This document shows positions 49,933 through 63,300 of a DNA stretch of 64,000 nt, one piece after another. The position numbers and the translations under genes are program-made. Under the pieces are notes generated by a model, which was not told the origin of the DNA, did not search any database, and saw nothing but the letters and a program-made list of their open reading frames with translations. Positions within the stretch are counted from its first letter, which is position 1, and every line of letters begins with the position of its first letter. This stretch comes from Amoebophrya sp. A120 (taxonomy: Eukaryota > Protista > Dinoflagellata), in assembly GCA_905178155.1 (NCBI GenBank), contig CAJINV010000001.1, forward strand, positions 10,197,432 through 10,261,431, given 5' to 3'.

Positions 49933-51207
49933 AAAAGACAATGCATCAATAGTATTCGTAAAGCCCGTACAGAATATAAATCTGATGACTTCATTTGATT
50001 CTTCTTTACAGGACAAAATGACTAGAGCACACAAGAAGTATGTGAAACTGAAAGACAATTGTATGAGAGAGTAGGAACACACTTCGAAGTACAAAACGAA
50101 CTGTTTAGCTCGCACTTCGTTCATGATAATCACATTGAGAACCAGCTCCCGAGTGTTTTTGAGACGATTGAATGCAGATCAGATCTAATGAAAAGGTAGA
50201 AGGAAACTACTTACCATGAAATATCAGTCATAGTGCCATCCAAAGTCGCTGTCGCAGCACGACGCTCAGCACAAATTTTGCTTTTTCCCTTGGAAATGAC
50301 GCACTGGCATCAGGTATGCATTTCGACTTTTCGCCTAGAAATGATAAAAATGTTATATGGTGCATGAGGAGGACGATCAGATTCAGAACAGGTAGACCTG
50401 CTCTGGCTCTGGAAGAGCTGCGAAATCGCTCTATCTAATTATTGACTTTTGTCTTGTGATGTTCTTGCTTGGTCCGATGTGGTCTACTCACAAGAGCGCG
50501 ATCACCAATAGAACGCACGATCAAAAGACAATACTTGTGGTATATGTAACTAATGGGCTCAGTTGACCTCGTCTCTCCTCTGATGCTGTGTTTGGTGTCG
50601 AATTTTAGAATCAGAACCATTTTGGCATCGACTTGCTTTTGACGACGAGATCTGCGATTTTTCTTTCTACAAAAAGCAATGATCTCTCTCCTTCATTGAA
50701 ATAAAGTAAGTGATTGCCGGCGATAGCGATCGGAGCAGCTAGGATTTGCTAATGACCTGATATGGTTGATAGTGATCAAAGCGAAATTTTAGGCGATCTC
50801 GTGGCAGTTGTGCCTTCCATCTTCGTATCTTTGATTTTGAAAGATCTTGACGCTTTATTTTTTTTTTTACCGTGAATATGATCCCCTGTACCTGTAGTCA
50901 TCCATTTGCAATTCATTCTTCTAATATGCATTTTCGTTAATCATAACCTCTCAGGCGACCTAAGCAACCAAGTTGTACTTTGTTTGTTTCACACGATTAT
51001 CTTTACCAAGAGAGAGTGACTTCCGCATTGTATCACACCACTTTATTGAGTCTTTCCAATGAAATCGGCCCTGTTGCGGCCGTGAAAGAACAAAAAATCA
51101 TGGACGACCTTGAATAGTCCAGCGTTTGTGCAAGAAGGACGAGGCACAAAAGCGATCCCTGGTCTTCTACCAGCGACAACGACCTGGATACTAGCTGGGG
51201 CAGGAAG

Positions 51208-54200
51208 ATGTCGGGGCGAAAGAAGAGTGGCGAGAATGGGCACTTCGTCACGGAGCTGCCCGTGGACGATGACGGGGGGGACAACTCTCCGGCCGTAAAA
51301 GGTCCTGCAGCCGGGCATGCACAGGCGCAGGTAAGAGCTTTCATCTTGAGCCATGTGGTCCTCGTTGGGAATAAGTAGTAGAAAAAAACAACGGGAGGTA
51401 AAAATATGATCCATACCGTAGAATGCGCAAAGTAAATGCAAAACAGAAAGATCTCCATCTCGATAAACTACAAGTCAACTGGATCTGGAACTTCTATCAG
51501 GTCCAACGAGCCATGATGCAGGAGATCCAGCAGACTGCGGACCAGGCACCACCGGTCACGGGGTCCGGCACCCAGATTACCGCAAGGGAATCTGAATATC
51601 AGCAAAAGCGACTGGAGCGCGCATTGTCACCGCCACGGGCAGATCCCTTCGCGCTCTCCACGCCGGCGGAGGGATTGACGACCTACAAGGAGATCATGGA
51701 GAATAACGCAGCAGAGCGAGAAAACGCGGAGCTGCGGAGGAAAATCCAGAAGATGCGAGAGGAAAAAGGCGACACCCAGTTTGCAGCAGATGTGAACGCA
51801 AACATGAAAGCCATGCAAAACGGAAGCGCGCCCGGCGCGAACAAGGCAGTCGAGGCACAATCAAGAAAAAGAAATCGCTGGGACACCCCGACGGAAGCAG
51901 GTAAAAATGATCGGAGTCCGCTATTAATGATATACGTACTGCGTGCCATGGCCAACAAATTCATGATTACAATCTATCGTTGTTGCTCTTCGCTGTTGCC
52001 GCTAGATACTACGAATGCTTGAAATGCCATGCAGAAACAAAATCAAAAACAAAATCCTCATGACGATTATCGCCCCAACAAAACAGCGATGATGGACACA
52101 CCCGACGAGATGGGCTCGGCCCCCGGGCAAGAAACTCCAGACATGAATGCTATCGGTGCCACCCCCGAGATGGGCGCCTGGGGCGAAACACCCGCTTCCA
52201 TTGACGTGTCCAAGCCAAAAAGAAAGCGCGCGAGATGGGACGAGACCCCTGGAGAAGGCGAACAGCAGATCACGCCGGCACCCGCTGGCGGTGCCGACAT
52301 GGCAACCCCGGTGTCCGGAGGCGACCTCGGCGCGACCCCTGACGCCGCATTTATGGGAACCGTCGGTACCCCCGTTGGTTTAACCCCCGATATGATGACC
52401 CCCGACCAGCTCCAGCAGTGGCGATTTGCGAAGGAAATTGACGAAAGAAATCGACCCATGACCGATGCAGAGTTGGACGAAATCTTCCCTCCAGGGTACT
52501 GAAAAAAAGAACAAACATCATACGTGAGTGCTATGAACTTCTTCAACTTAAGTCGTACATGAACAGCCGAACTACAAACAATGCACCCAAGCAGGAGCAG
52601 GTGAAACAAGAATAGATTCTTTTCGTCGCATTACTTAGCAACTGATGAAAAAACTAAAACAGGTACGAAATCGTGCAGCCCCCAGCGAATTACGCTCCAG
52701 CAAGAAAAAACGTATTCTCCGCACCAACCCCGGGGATGGCAGCGACCCCAGGGTTTATGATGCCCGGCACCCCCTCAACCGGTGACGGTATGACGCAGGA
52801 CAGCGGGCTGGGAGAACTTCACGGCGTTACGGCCGCGGTAAACAGAGTCGCGTCTTTTTCCGTGATTCTTTTTGGCTGCCAATCTGTACTTTGTACTTAC
52901 GCGAGAAAGATTTTTCAGACCATGTCTGTTTCGAAGGTCATAGTCGCAGACATTCACAACGCTATTGAAAAATTAAACCAAACTTCAGACTGGCGACATG
53001 CCTGAGATCAAGGCGGAGGATCGTACGCATTTCGCGCCACTGCTTGCGGGCGACGACGACGACGACCTGGCACCGGAAGAGGCCAAGGAGCGAAAAATCA
53101 TGAAGCTTTTGCTGCAAATCAAGAACGGCGAACCGGCGATGCGAAGACGCGCCCTAAAGGAGATCACGAACAAGGCGCGGGAGTTCGGTGCCGGGCCGCT
53201 TTTCAACCAGATCTTGCCCCTTATGATGTCCTCCACGCTCGAAGAGCAGGAAAGGCACCTGCTGGTAAAAATCATCGACCGGGTGCTGCACCGACTGGAC
53301 GACTTGGTGCGCCCCTACGTGCACAAGATTCTGGTCGTGGTCGAGCCGCTCTTGATCGACGAAGACTACTACGCCCGGGTGGAAGGTCGGGAGGTGATCG
53401 CGAATCTGTCGAAAGCCGCGTATGCTTTGCAAATATGTCTGGGTCTGGAAACTTGTAATGCTAAAAGGGAATGATAGACGCACTGCAATACGCAGCTACG
53501 CATAGCAAATTTTTCGGCTGCCATGTCCTACGTATTCTGCATGGCAAACTGCGTTTGTGCATGACAGGTAAGAGGTCCTTTTCGTGCCTATGCAACACAG
53601 ATTCTCGAGTCATGCTAGACAAGCACGACAAACTTGCAGTCTTCCAGACCCAGACACTTTTGCATTTGATACCGCGGGCCTGCCGACGATGATCGCGACC
53701 ATGCGGCCAGATATCGATCACGTCGACGAGTACGTCCGAAACACCACCGCGCGGGCGTTCGCGGTTGTCGCGTCCGCGTTGGGAATCCCAGCGTTGCTGA
53801 TGTTCTTGAAAGCGGTGTGTAACAGTAAGAAATCATGGCAGGGGAGGCATACCGGGATCAAGATCATCCAGCAGATCGCCATCTTGCTAGGGATCGCGAT
53901 ACTGCCGCATTTGAAGCAGATGGTCGACATCATCGCCCCGGGGTTGTCCGATGAACAGCGGAAGGTGCGAACCATGACGGCCTTGGCGTTGGCCGCGCTG
54001 GCAGAGGCGGCGACGCCATACGGCATTGAAGCCTTCGACTCCGTCTTGCGACCGTTGTGGAAAGGTAAAGCCTTCTAATGGTGGGCTTACTTGTTTGCTC
54101 CTTTGCATCTTTTGCGATGCTGGACCTGCATGATAATATTTCCATCGAAGAGTTGTGACTAGTTACTAACAAGAAGTAGACTGCGAAAGAATGTGGAACC

Positions 54201-56538
54201 TGGTGGAACTGAAACAAGAATCCCACTCGATTTTCATCCAATTTTTTTTTACCTAGGTATTCTCGAGGCCCGCGACAAGGATCTCGCGGCTTTCCTGAAA
54301 GCCATCGGTTACATCGTGCCACTGATGGACGCGGACCACGCGAACCACTACACAAGAGAGGTGATGATCATTTTGATCCGCGAGTTCTCCACCGCGGATG
54401 ACGAAATGAAGAAAATCGTGCTGAAGGTGGTGCACCAGTGCGTCGCCACCGAGGGTGTGGAGTCCAATTACATCCGGGAGGAGGTGTTGCAGCCGTTTTT
54501 TCGAAATTTCTGGGTCGCCCGAATGGCTTTGGACCGGAGAAATTACCGCCAGCTCGTGGACACAACAGTGGAAATCGCAACGAAGGTAGGCGGCGCGGAA
54601 GTCGTTGGGAAAATCATCGAGGACTTGAAGGACGGCAACGAACTGTATTGAAGTGCTTTGTCATGATGTTGTATCTTTTCTTAATCTCTGTTTAAAGTGC
54701 GGCGTAGGTCTTCTTGCTCGCCATGATTAGCTATTCTACCAATAGCTGCTTGACGCTCTGCGTCACGGCCAGCCTGCTCCTTTTAGCATGGCAAGGGCAA
54801 ACTGTATAATAAACCCGCCCACTTTTAATACTTCAACATTCTATTAACCCCAGGTACCGCAAGATGGTTATGGAGACCATCGATATTATTGTTCAAAACC
54901 TCGGCGTTGCGGATTTCGATTCCCGCCTGGAAGAGCTCCTTGTCGACGGCATTATCTATGCGTTTCAAGAACAGTCCACCGAGGACACCACGGTCATGCT
55001 CAACGGCTGCGGGGCCGTGATCAACTCCCTGGGCACTCGTGTGAAGCCGTATTTGCCGCAGGTCGCGGGTATTGTGCGGTGGCGGCTGAACACCCCCAAC
55101 CCGAAAGTCCGACAGCAGGCAGCAGACTTGATCGCCAGGATAGCAGGCGTCATGAAGCAGTGCGGCGAGGAACAGATGCTGGGGCACTTCGGTATTTTTT
55201 TGTACCAATACCTCGGGGAAGAGTATCCGGACGTGCTGGGCAGCATCTTGGGAGCTTTGAAGGCAATCGTGAATGTAATCGGGATGAACAAGATGACGCC
55301 GCCGATCAAGGATCTGTTGCCAAGGTTGACGCCGATTCTGAAGAACAGACACGAGAAGGTGAGGAAGTTGTGGTCTCTCTATTGTTTCTTGCTGTAGTAT
55401 CTCGTAAATACAAATCTGTAGCGTGGTCATGCTTCTCCGGCTAAGGGGTTTTTAAGATTCGACACAGACTTCAGGCCAAAGCCGAAGTGCTGGTAGAAAA
55501 AAGTGATACCAGCAATCATCAATTCCGAATCGACCATAAAATGCAATACAGGTTCAGGAAAACGTGATCGACCTTGTTGGCCGCATTGCAGACCGCGGCG
55601 CAGAACTGGCCCCACCGCGAGAGTGGAACCGAATTTGTTTCGACGTCTTGGAGCTGCTGAAAGCGCAGAAGAAGGCAATCCGGCGCGCGTCTGTAAATAC
55701 CTTTGGGTACATCGCGCGCGCGATTGGGCCGCACGATGTGTTGTCCACCTTGCTGAATAACCTTCGCGTGCAGGAGCGTCAGCTGCGTGTGTGTACCACG
55801 GTGGCCATCGGGATCGTTGCGGAGACGTGTAACCCGTTCACGGTACTTCCCGCGATGATGAACGAGTACAAGCAGCCGGATTTGAACGTGCAGCACGGTA
55901 TCCTCAAGTCCCTATCCTTCATGTTCGAGTACATTGGCGAGATGGCAAAGGACTACATCTACGCAGTCACCCCCCTGTTGGAGGACGCGTTGCAGGATCG
56001 AGACGCAATACACCGACAGCAGGCCATTTTCGCGACGACACACTTGACGCTAGGTGAGTTGTGATGTTGTAGTTTTCTTCTGTTTTTTTTCACTGTTCTC
56101 AACTTTTGCGGCCCGAAAATTCGCCAGATTCATCACGTTAAGGTTCATTTCTCAGTGAATTAGCTGAACAAGAAATAAAAGTATGCAAAGAACCAAAATT
56201 GTTTGACGAAAAAAAATTTCGCAGGTGTCTATGGAATGAATTGCGAAGACGCGATTATTCACTTAATGAACTTCGTATGGCCTAATCTCTTCGAGTCGAC
56301 GCCGCACTTGATTCAGGGTGTCTACAACTGCATTGATGCCTTCCGCACGACGCTCGGGCCAACAAGGATCCTCCAGTACCTGATGCAGGGTCTGTTCCAC
56401 CCAGCTAGAAGGGTGCGCGAGGTCTACTGGAAGCTTTACAATAACATGTACATCGGCGCGCAGGAGGCTCTGGTGCCAAGTTTTCCGAAACTTCCGGAAC
56501 CAGAGTACCATAGATGCGACTTGGAAATGATGCTGTGA
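51208..56538 (+). CDS. SF3B1: Splicing factor 3B subunit 1 ~1211 aa; exons 51208-51330, 51501-51900, 52087-52495, 52663-52837, 52989-53420, 53677-54064, 54257-54644, 54854-55358, 55552-56053, 56225-56538
   Basis: RWDETP ULMs and TP repeats; EIDERNRP; HEAT motifs [44 protein letters not shown] and [10 protein letters not shown]. Confidence 0.97.
53421..53671. mobile_element. Introner non-canonical intron E10 inside SF3B1
   Basis: IR TGCAAATATGTCTGGGTCTGGAA / TTCCAGACCCAGACACTTTTGCA with TAT...ATA ends; perfect DR CCGCG; removal restores the conserved NLSKAA|[14 protein letters not shown]. Confidence 0.92.
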
Positions 56539-57291
56539 TGAAAGATGGTTCACTGCGATACTTGTTGCGGTAGGACACCTAGTAGAACTGCATCAACAAA
56601 CCCAAACGCCAGTGTCTCGTGACCGACAAAAATGACGAAGATACTTATCTGTAGGCGTGACGGTGACTCCTATGGTAATACTTAAGTTAAAGAAAATGGC
56701 AGCGCGTGTTGCATGATCGAGCCGTAGTTCTATTTATTGAATCAGTCGTGCTGGTGTGGTGACCAAGTGAGGGCCACCATAATGAAGATCCGCAGCAACA
56801 AGTGACAAAGAAAAACAAGACACTTATAGATACAATGAACGTGATGCCCAACACCATCGTTAATGCTCCAAAAACATATTTGACATTTTGTTCCTGCCAA
56901 AATGTATGTCGTCTCTGCTGCAGGTAGCTCGTATTTCAATCGGAACCCGCTTGATTCAAGTATTGCTCGGTTCTCTCGTTCAAGTCGGTAGTTGTTGCGT
57001 CCGCGTTCGTCCTACGTTCTTCGTTCGTCTATTCTGATTCTTTTCGTGCGAAACAAATAGAAGACGCCACACTCTGTCGTACGTTTTTGCACAACGAATA
57101 AGAATAATATGCAATCGCAACCGAAATGGAAAACCGCAACCTACTTACACCAGGACCTTCTGAGTCGAATTCAAATTAGTTTCTTTACCCCAGCTGATCA
57201 TTTTTCGTTAGCCAAGAACTTCTTCAACCTTGAGCAGCCTCTTGAGAAAACACAAACTTCCCCTTTCTTCCTGTCACACAATTTTTCCAAG

Positions 57292-59063
57292 ATGCCGATC
57301 GGTCAGTTCGACATTGCGGAATTTTACACGGATGACGAGCTTGGCTCCTTCCGTGCGAAGTTCGACGAGTTTGACAAAACCGGCTCCGGTTACATCGAGG
57401 ATGTCGACTGTCCCGAGCTGATCGCCACCTGGTTCCCGAAACACTTGTCGAAGACCGCGTTCAAGAAAGCCTTTCAGTCCGTAAACTCCGAGCGCCCCGG
57501 GATGTTTGATTTCGAGGAGTTCGTGGTGATCATGATCAAGGTGACCAACGCGCGCCGCCGGGCCGACCGGATCGACTACGCAGACTACCTGGAGAGCTAC
57601 CAACTGCGGGAGCTGAACAAGCTGTACGCCAAGTACGTGAACGAGCACGGATCCATCTCCTCCTCGCAGTTCCGAACCCTGTTTCAGGATTTGGGCATGA
57701 AAGACCTGGACGACAAATCCGTGGCCAACATGATCGAGGAGGTGGACAAGGACAAGTCCGGCGAAATCGAATTTGACGAATTCGCCAACTTGTGGTGCGT
57801 GCTCACTGGAGCGATCAAACGTACTTATTAATTTTGTTTTGTGTAGTTATTTTTTTTTTTCAAATTCGAATGCTGCGCTAAACGATAACGAGGACAAGTC
57901 CCAAAACCCCTAGCTTCCCTTCCCTATGCTAGCAAGATGATGATGATGAAATGAAATCTACAACAACTCTCTTTTTTCATCCTGGGTAAGTCATAGATAC
58001 CAAGGAGTCGCTGCACGATAGTCTCAAGAGGGGCAGATGCAGCAAATACTACGGAAATATATGAATTCACGAACACGACAAAGACGGTATCACAATCAAG
58101 CACCGTATGAATGATGAAAGAACAAGAGGAACGCTCGACTCTTGATGCCAAATCATGCTGAGAAATAAACATAAAACCTTTTCAGGTATCAACTACCGTG
58201 AATTTCTGACGAACGACCAAATCCGGATGTACCGGCGCACGTTTGAGGTTGCGGATGCGGACGGCTCCGGGTTCATCGACATGCGCGAACTGATGGCGCT
58301 CTTCAAACGCCTCGGCATGGCCCACACGCCTGAGCAGGTCCAGGACGAGCTGCGGAAGGTGGACGCGGACAACTCCGGGGAGTTGTCCTTCGACGAATTT
58401 TGCGTATTGATGGTGGGCATCGGCTCGGAAAAGAAGAAGAAAATCATTAACCGAGAGACCTACACCGTGAACCAGCTCGAGGATGAAGAATTCACCATCA
58501 TGGACATTCGCCGCGCGGGGTTCCCGCTGTCCAAGCTTCGCGGCCGGTATCCGGTGAAAGCCCTGATGGAGGAAGGAGGGTGGACCGTGATTGAGTTCCG
58601 CCTGGGTGGCTTTAGCGTGCGCGAAATGCTCAACGCGGGGTGTTCCCCTGCGGAGCTGAAGTGCGCCGGGTTTTCCTCCGCCGAACTGAAGGCGGCCGGC
58701 GTGGACGGGAAGTTCATCGAAAAGTTGCACATCGACCTGTCGGAGCGCCTGAAGACGGAGGACCCGGAGAAGGTGCTCACCGTGTCCAACCTGACCGGCG
58801 TGGAAAATAGCCTGTTGCCGCTGCATTCCACCCCGAGAATCCAGTACCACACCAACTACCGACCCCCCATGAGCCAGGACGCGCAGCAGAAGCTGGCCGA
58901 AGAAATCAAGCGGACCAAAGAGATCGAGCGGAAGGAGAAGGAGGTTTCCGGCAGAACAGAGCAAATGAGCGAGGCCAGGAAGGCACTGAAGACCGGCCAG
59001 GGAGTGCCGCCGCCCTCCATAGCGAACGACGACCCGGATGCGCGACCAATGGAGGGAGCCTAG
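57292..59063 (+). CDS. Multi-EF-hand calmodulin-like protein with C-terminal 10-aa repeats; exons 57292-57820, 58186-59063
   Basis: EF loops DKTGSGYIE, DKDKSGEIEFDEF, DADGSGFIDMREL and DADNSGELSFDEF; GT-AG intron 57821-58185. Confidence 0.85.
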
Positions 59064-60399
59064 ACGGACCCGATTCAAGGTCCGATTTTTCTAGATCTTC
59101 GACCTCCTGAGTAGTTCCAATTTTTGCAGTTTCTTCTGGACACTGTACTCAGATACAGAATAAAAGTTTTTCCATGATTTTTTCGAGTGTGTTATACAAC
59201 ATTACGTATCATTTTGCATATATATTCAGATCAACAACAGCAAAAAAATCTAGATGAGCAGAGTGCCCCCCTGCTGCGCCACATACTTTGTTTCGTTTGT
59301 TTTTACGCTTACATTCACTTTCGCATTGTACGAACAAAAAAATTTGCCTTTCATCTTCACTACCCTGATTTCGCATGCATTCCATTCACCTCATGCCATG
59401 TTGTACCCCAACCGCGTGAAATGATTGTTGCGTGACCACCACAGTAAAATCGATGGCGAACCTCTTGTTTCGGCAAGCGCCCGCATTTACAGCCATGTAT
59501 GTAAGATGAGACCAACCTAGTCCCAGAGCGGATCACGCAGCCAGCCATGGCTGCATCGCTGGAGCGCATTGGCTCCGCGTTCGCTGCAATCTCGTTTTCC
59601 AGCAGTGTTCAAGTACCGGAAAAAATTATTGTTCATCATTTGTGATGCGTGCTCCGGCGGATGCGGCACATGATAAGAAGGACAGCGTAGTAAAAATCCA
59701 CTGAACTCTTGCATAGTCAGCAAAGCATGGATGTGCACACACACAAGACCTGGATTACACACGACCGAAATTGTTAAGAAACCGTAGAAGTACAACCATA
59801 GCGATCCCACCTCTACTTGCGAGATTACTAGGGCACGAAACAAAAAGATTTTTTTCTAGCCCGCACAAGCCAACGCTTACGTCTGTACTAATTAAACGAA
59901 TGAACCTAATAGCGATACGAAGTAGTAGAGTGAAGTTCTAGCATAGTGCATCTGCTGCACCCTTGACAACTTCCGACGAGCACTAGTAAGTCCTCCTAAT
60001 TTCTTAGCTTCAAGCACCAGATACAGATTTTTAATAGAGTAGTAAGTTTCTATATCTATGCCCGTTCCTTCGTCAATGTACAGATCTGCCGGTTTGAGTC
60101 GACGTACTTTATCTAGACGCGCGAACTACGCAACGGCAACTTTCACCGTCTTGAGCAACCAACATAGGACCCTAGTCGTGTCGCGGCATTGGAGAAGCGG
60201 TCGCTCTTTCAGGTACGCGCCGAGACGAAGATCCACGACAGCATGATGAATAAGTTGAGCAGCGGCGCGGGACAAGATAGCAGATGAGATAGGACCTCAC
60301 CTCGCGCAGGGACAAGGGAAAGAACCAAAAGCCACCGTGGTGCGGTCAAACCCAACAGCAAGAGACGTTCGGGCAAAAAACGATAGGAGGATCAAGATC

Positions 60400-63300
60400 A
60401 TGGTGACCAAAGCCCGAAGCTCAAGCTTTCCACTGTCGTTTGCGTCCTCTTCATCAACTACAACATCTTCGGGAAAGAACCAGAGCAATAACCAGCAATA
60501 CTTCTGTGGTTCAGCGAGCCGCCTCATAAGTTCGGGCATCCAAACCCGACACTTGGCTCGGGATAGCATCGTGAACGAGCAGGACAATCCTGATTCTGTT
60601 GTTCTTGGCCGCACGGTCTCAGAAATTTCATCTTACCAGACCACGCTGAGCTGCGGGGGAGGTGGTACGACCACGAAGAGCACGTCCTCCTGTTCTAGTG
60701 ACCATACAACTTCTTCGACCGAGGAAGTAGTAGCCATGAACGTGAATCCGGCTTCCAGAGAACCGTCACCATCGCCAGCGACGGTCTCGAATTACAACTT
60801 GTCAGCAGCGCACGACCAGCAGCGGCCGCCCATGCACGAGATGCTGCAGAGGCCCTCGCCCTTCGGAGGAGGGAATTCGATCTTCGGAAATTTGATGGGA
60901 TCTTCAGCAGGGGCAATAGCTCCGGCCGCCAGTACCTCCTCTATTACAAGCGCAGCGGTCGTGTCCTCGCTAGGGAATGCTGCAAGAAGTAGTGGCACTA
61001 CAACGCTGATACCAACTTCCACAACATCTTGTTCGTCCTCGAGCACACTGCACCCCACAAGCAGCTCCACTTCTGCGAGCGCCTTGGGGATCACAGGCAC
61101 CGCTTCAGGGGTCTTGCACCAGCAGCCGCATGGGGGAACTAGTACATCCTCGTCGGCGTCTTCAAATGTTCCGACCAGCATGATCAACCCCTTCGGCATG
61201 ACCGTGGTGCAGAACTCCGCGGCGTTTTTCCAGCCGCATAATTCTACTACTGCCGCGGCCACACTGCAACCAATATCCGCAACAAGTTCATCGTCTTCAT
61301 CCGGCGCAGGCTCAGGTGGAGGCATAATTTTTGGAGCTCCTAGCACTCCAGCATCCAGTTCTTCATCCGGAAAAATAAATGTGGCAGGAGCTGCCGCGCA
61401 CCAGAGCATGAGTTCATTCGCCTCCGATCCGGGAGGTGGTGGTCCTGGGGGCGGATTGTTGTCACAACATCAGAACAATAGCAATCCCTTTGGACATCAC
61501 CAAAGCGCGATTGGTCCTCCGGGAAACGCTCCTCCCGCTTTCGGGACGACGCCATCGAGCAGCAGCTCTTCATCTTCATTCTTTGGCGGCGTGTTTGGCG
61601 GGGTGGTTCCCACAACGGGAGCAGCAGTTGCGGGCGGAAGTATCTTCGCCTTGGGCGGACCACAGGCGGCGACAGCCGGGCTCACCACGCCGTTTGGCAT
61701 GGGAAACCTGCAGGCAGCCTGCAGCAAGCAGTCCACTTCCGATCTCGCAGAGTCCGCAGAGCTAAATGCGGAGCGCGACATGTGCGGGAGTCCGAAGCGC
61801 CAGTCACCTGTGCCGATGCACGTGGTTGGAACGCCCACCCGCAAAGGTCCGGGCACTCCGAAAGACAAGTCTACCCGGAGAAACCTGAAGAGCCACCTAC
61901 AGCGCCGGCCACGGGAAATTCTCTCCAAGGAGCAGCGCTTTAACATTCTCAGCTTCGAGGATCGGTATTGTCATTTTTCCAACGACGGATAAATATTGAT
62001 CGAATTCTACTCGTTGACTTCTGTCGTTAGTTCTTGAAGATGATCATCTCCGGGATTCCGCCAAAGACGCTCCGTCGTTTTCTGTGCCTCTGTTTCAATA
62101 GCTGTCGCAACATCCTGCGTCTACATGATGAGTGCGCGATCATCTCTCTACTTTTGTCTAATCTTCTACAAAAATGCTATACAGATTTCTTCCTCCGCGT
62201 TGGTGCGAGCCTCCGGCCGAACGCGCCACCCTATCTTTCGAGCTGCTTGATGGAAGTCGCACGAAATTCTTACTGAGTCGAAGGCACCAAGTGATTGGCT
62301 CCGATGCGAAGACGTGCGACGTTGTGGTGCCCGGGCTCGGTACTTTACGTCTCGCTTTTACTCCTCTCTGAATGATGTGTTTCGTCCTTTGTGATTGTGA
62401 AGCATGACAGGAATCCAATCTTCGAGTAATGTTGTACTTGCCTAATATTACTTAACAGCGAAAGAACACTGCGCGCTCGTCTACCACCGGAGCGGACAGC
62501 CATATATTTGTTTTTTCGAGTCTGGCGAACTGCTCGATCATGCGGACGAACCTTCCAGCCACCAAATCCTGGACTACGACAAGTATGAGGAGCTTCGCGA
62601 TTTGCCACAGAGGCTGCGCTTGGGAGACGGGAAGTACATTAAGAAATGGCAATGCACGCTGCTCGTGCTGTTTTTTCGTCTCACAGATGAAAGGTCGCAC
62701 CAGCTACTTCGATGAGTAGTTTCTTTACATGGGAGAGTAGTCTAAACACGGGAGATGTAGTCTGTCACATCCACGTGGTCCACTTGCCTTTATTACTACC
62801 CTGTTTTTTTTTCGTTCTTCTTCTTTGAAAGTGAATGTGACGAAGCGGCCCATAATTTTTATTTGGCAGGTTCGTGCTGACTGGAAACCTGACGTCCGTA
62901 CGGCAGCAGATGTCGAAGAACAAGCGATCAGGCTCCGTCGACGAGGACGATATGATCGATGAGAATGAGCCCGCTCCCCGTTGGAAGAAGAAGGCGCGGC
63001 GCGATTCCGACATGCTCTCGGAGGAGGTGATGTCTGTCCTGTCGGAGGAGAACTCCAGTCAAGTCTCGCCGCTGCACGGTCCCGGAGATTTCCTGGACCC
63101 GCTGCCGGAGGAAATCGGGGTGGAAGCCGCTCAGCCCGGGGACCACATGGAACTGCGCGCACGCACCAGCGACAGCAAAAAGTCCGCTTCTGCCTCCGCC
63201 GCTGATGGCGGAGCAGGGCCCCGGAGCCAGAACAGTGATCACGCCTTCGGGCTGCCCTCGAGCCAGCAGGACTCGCAGTCTTGGTCCGTGGGAGGAGGTG

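Noticed and set aside
51100-51207. Short ORF MDDLE* in frame with the SF3B1 start, hinting at TAG readthrough or stop-codon reassignment
   Set aside because: No conserved exon in the window needs an in-frame stop, and genes end normally with TAA, TAG and TGA; most simply a uORF or chance.
58182-59078. Long minus-strand ORFs (this one, 45395-46072, 12869-13606, 19494-20237 and others)
   Set aside because: Antisense shadows of GC3-rich plus-strand exons with no recognisable motifs.
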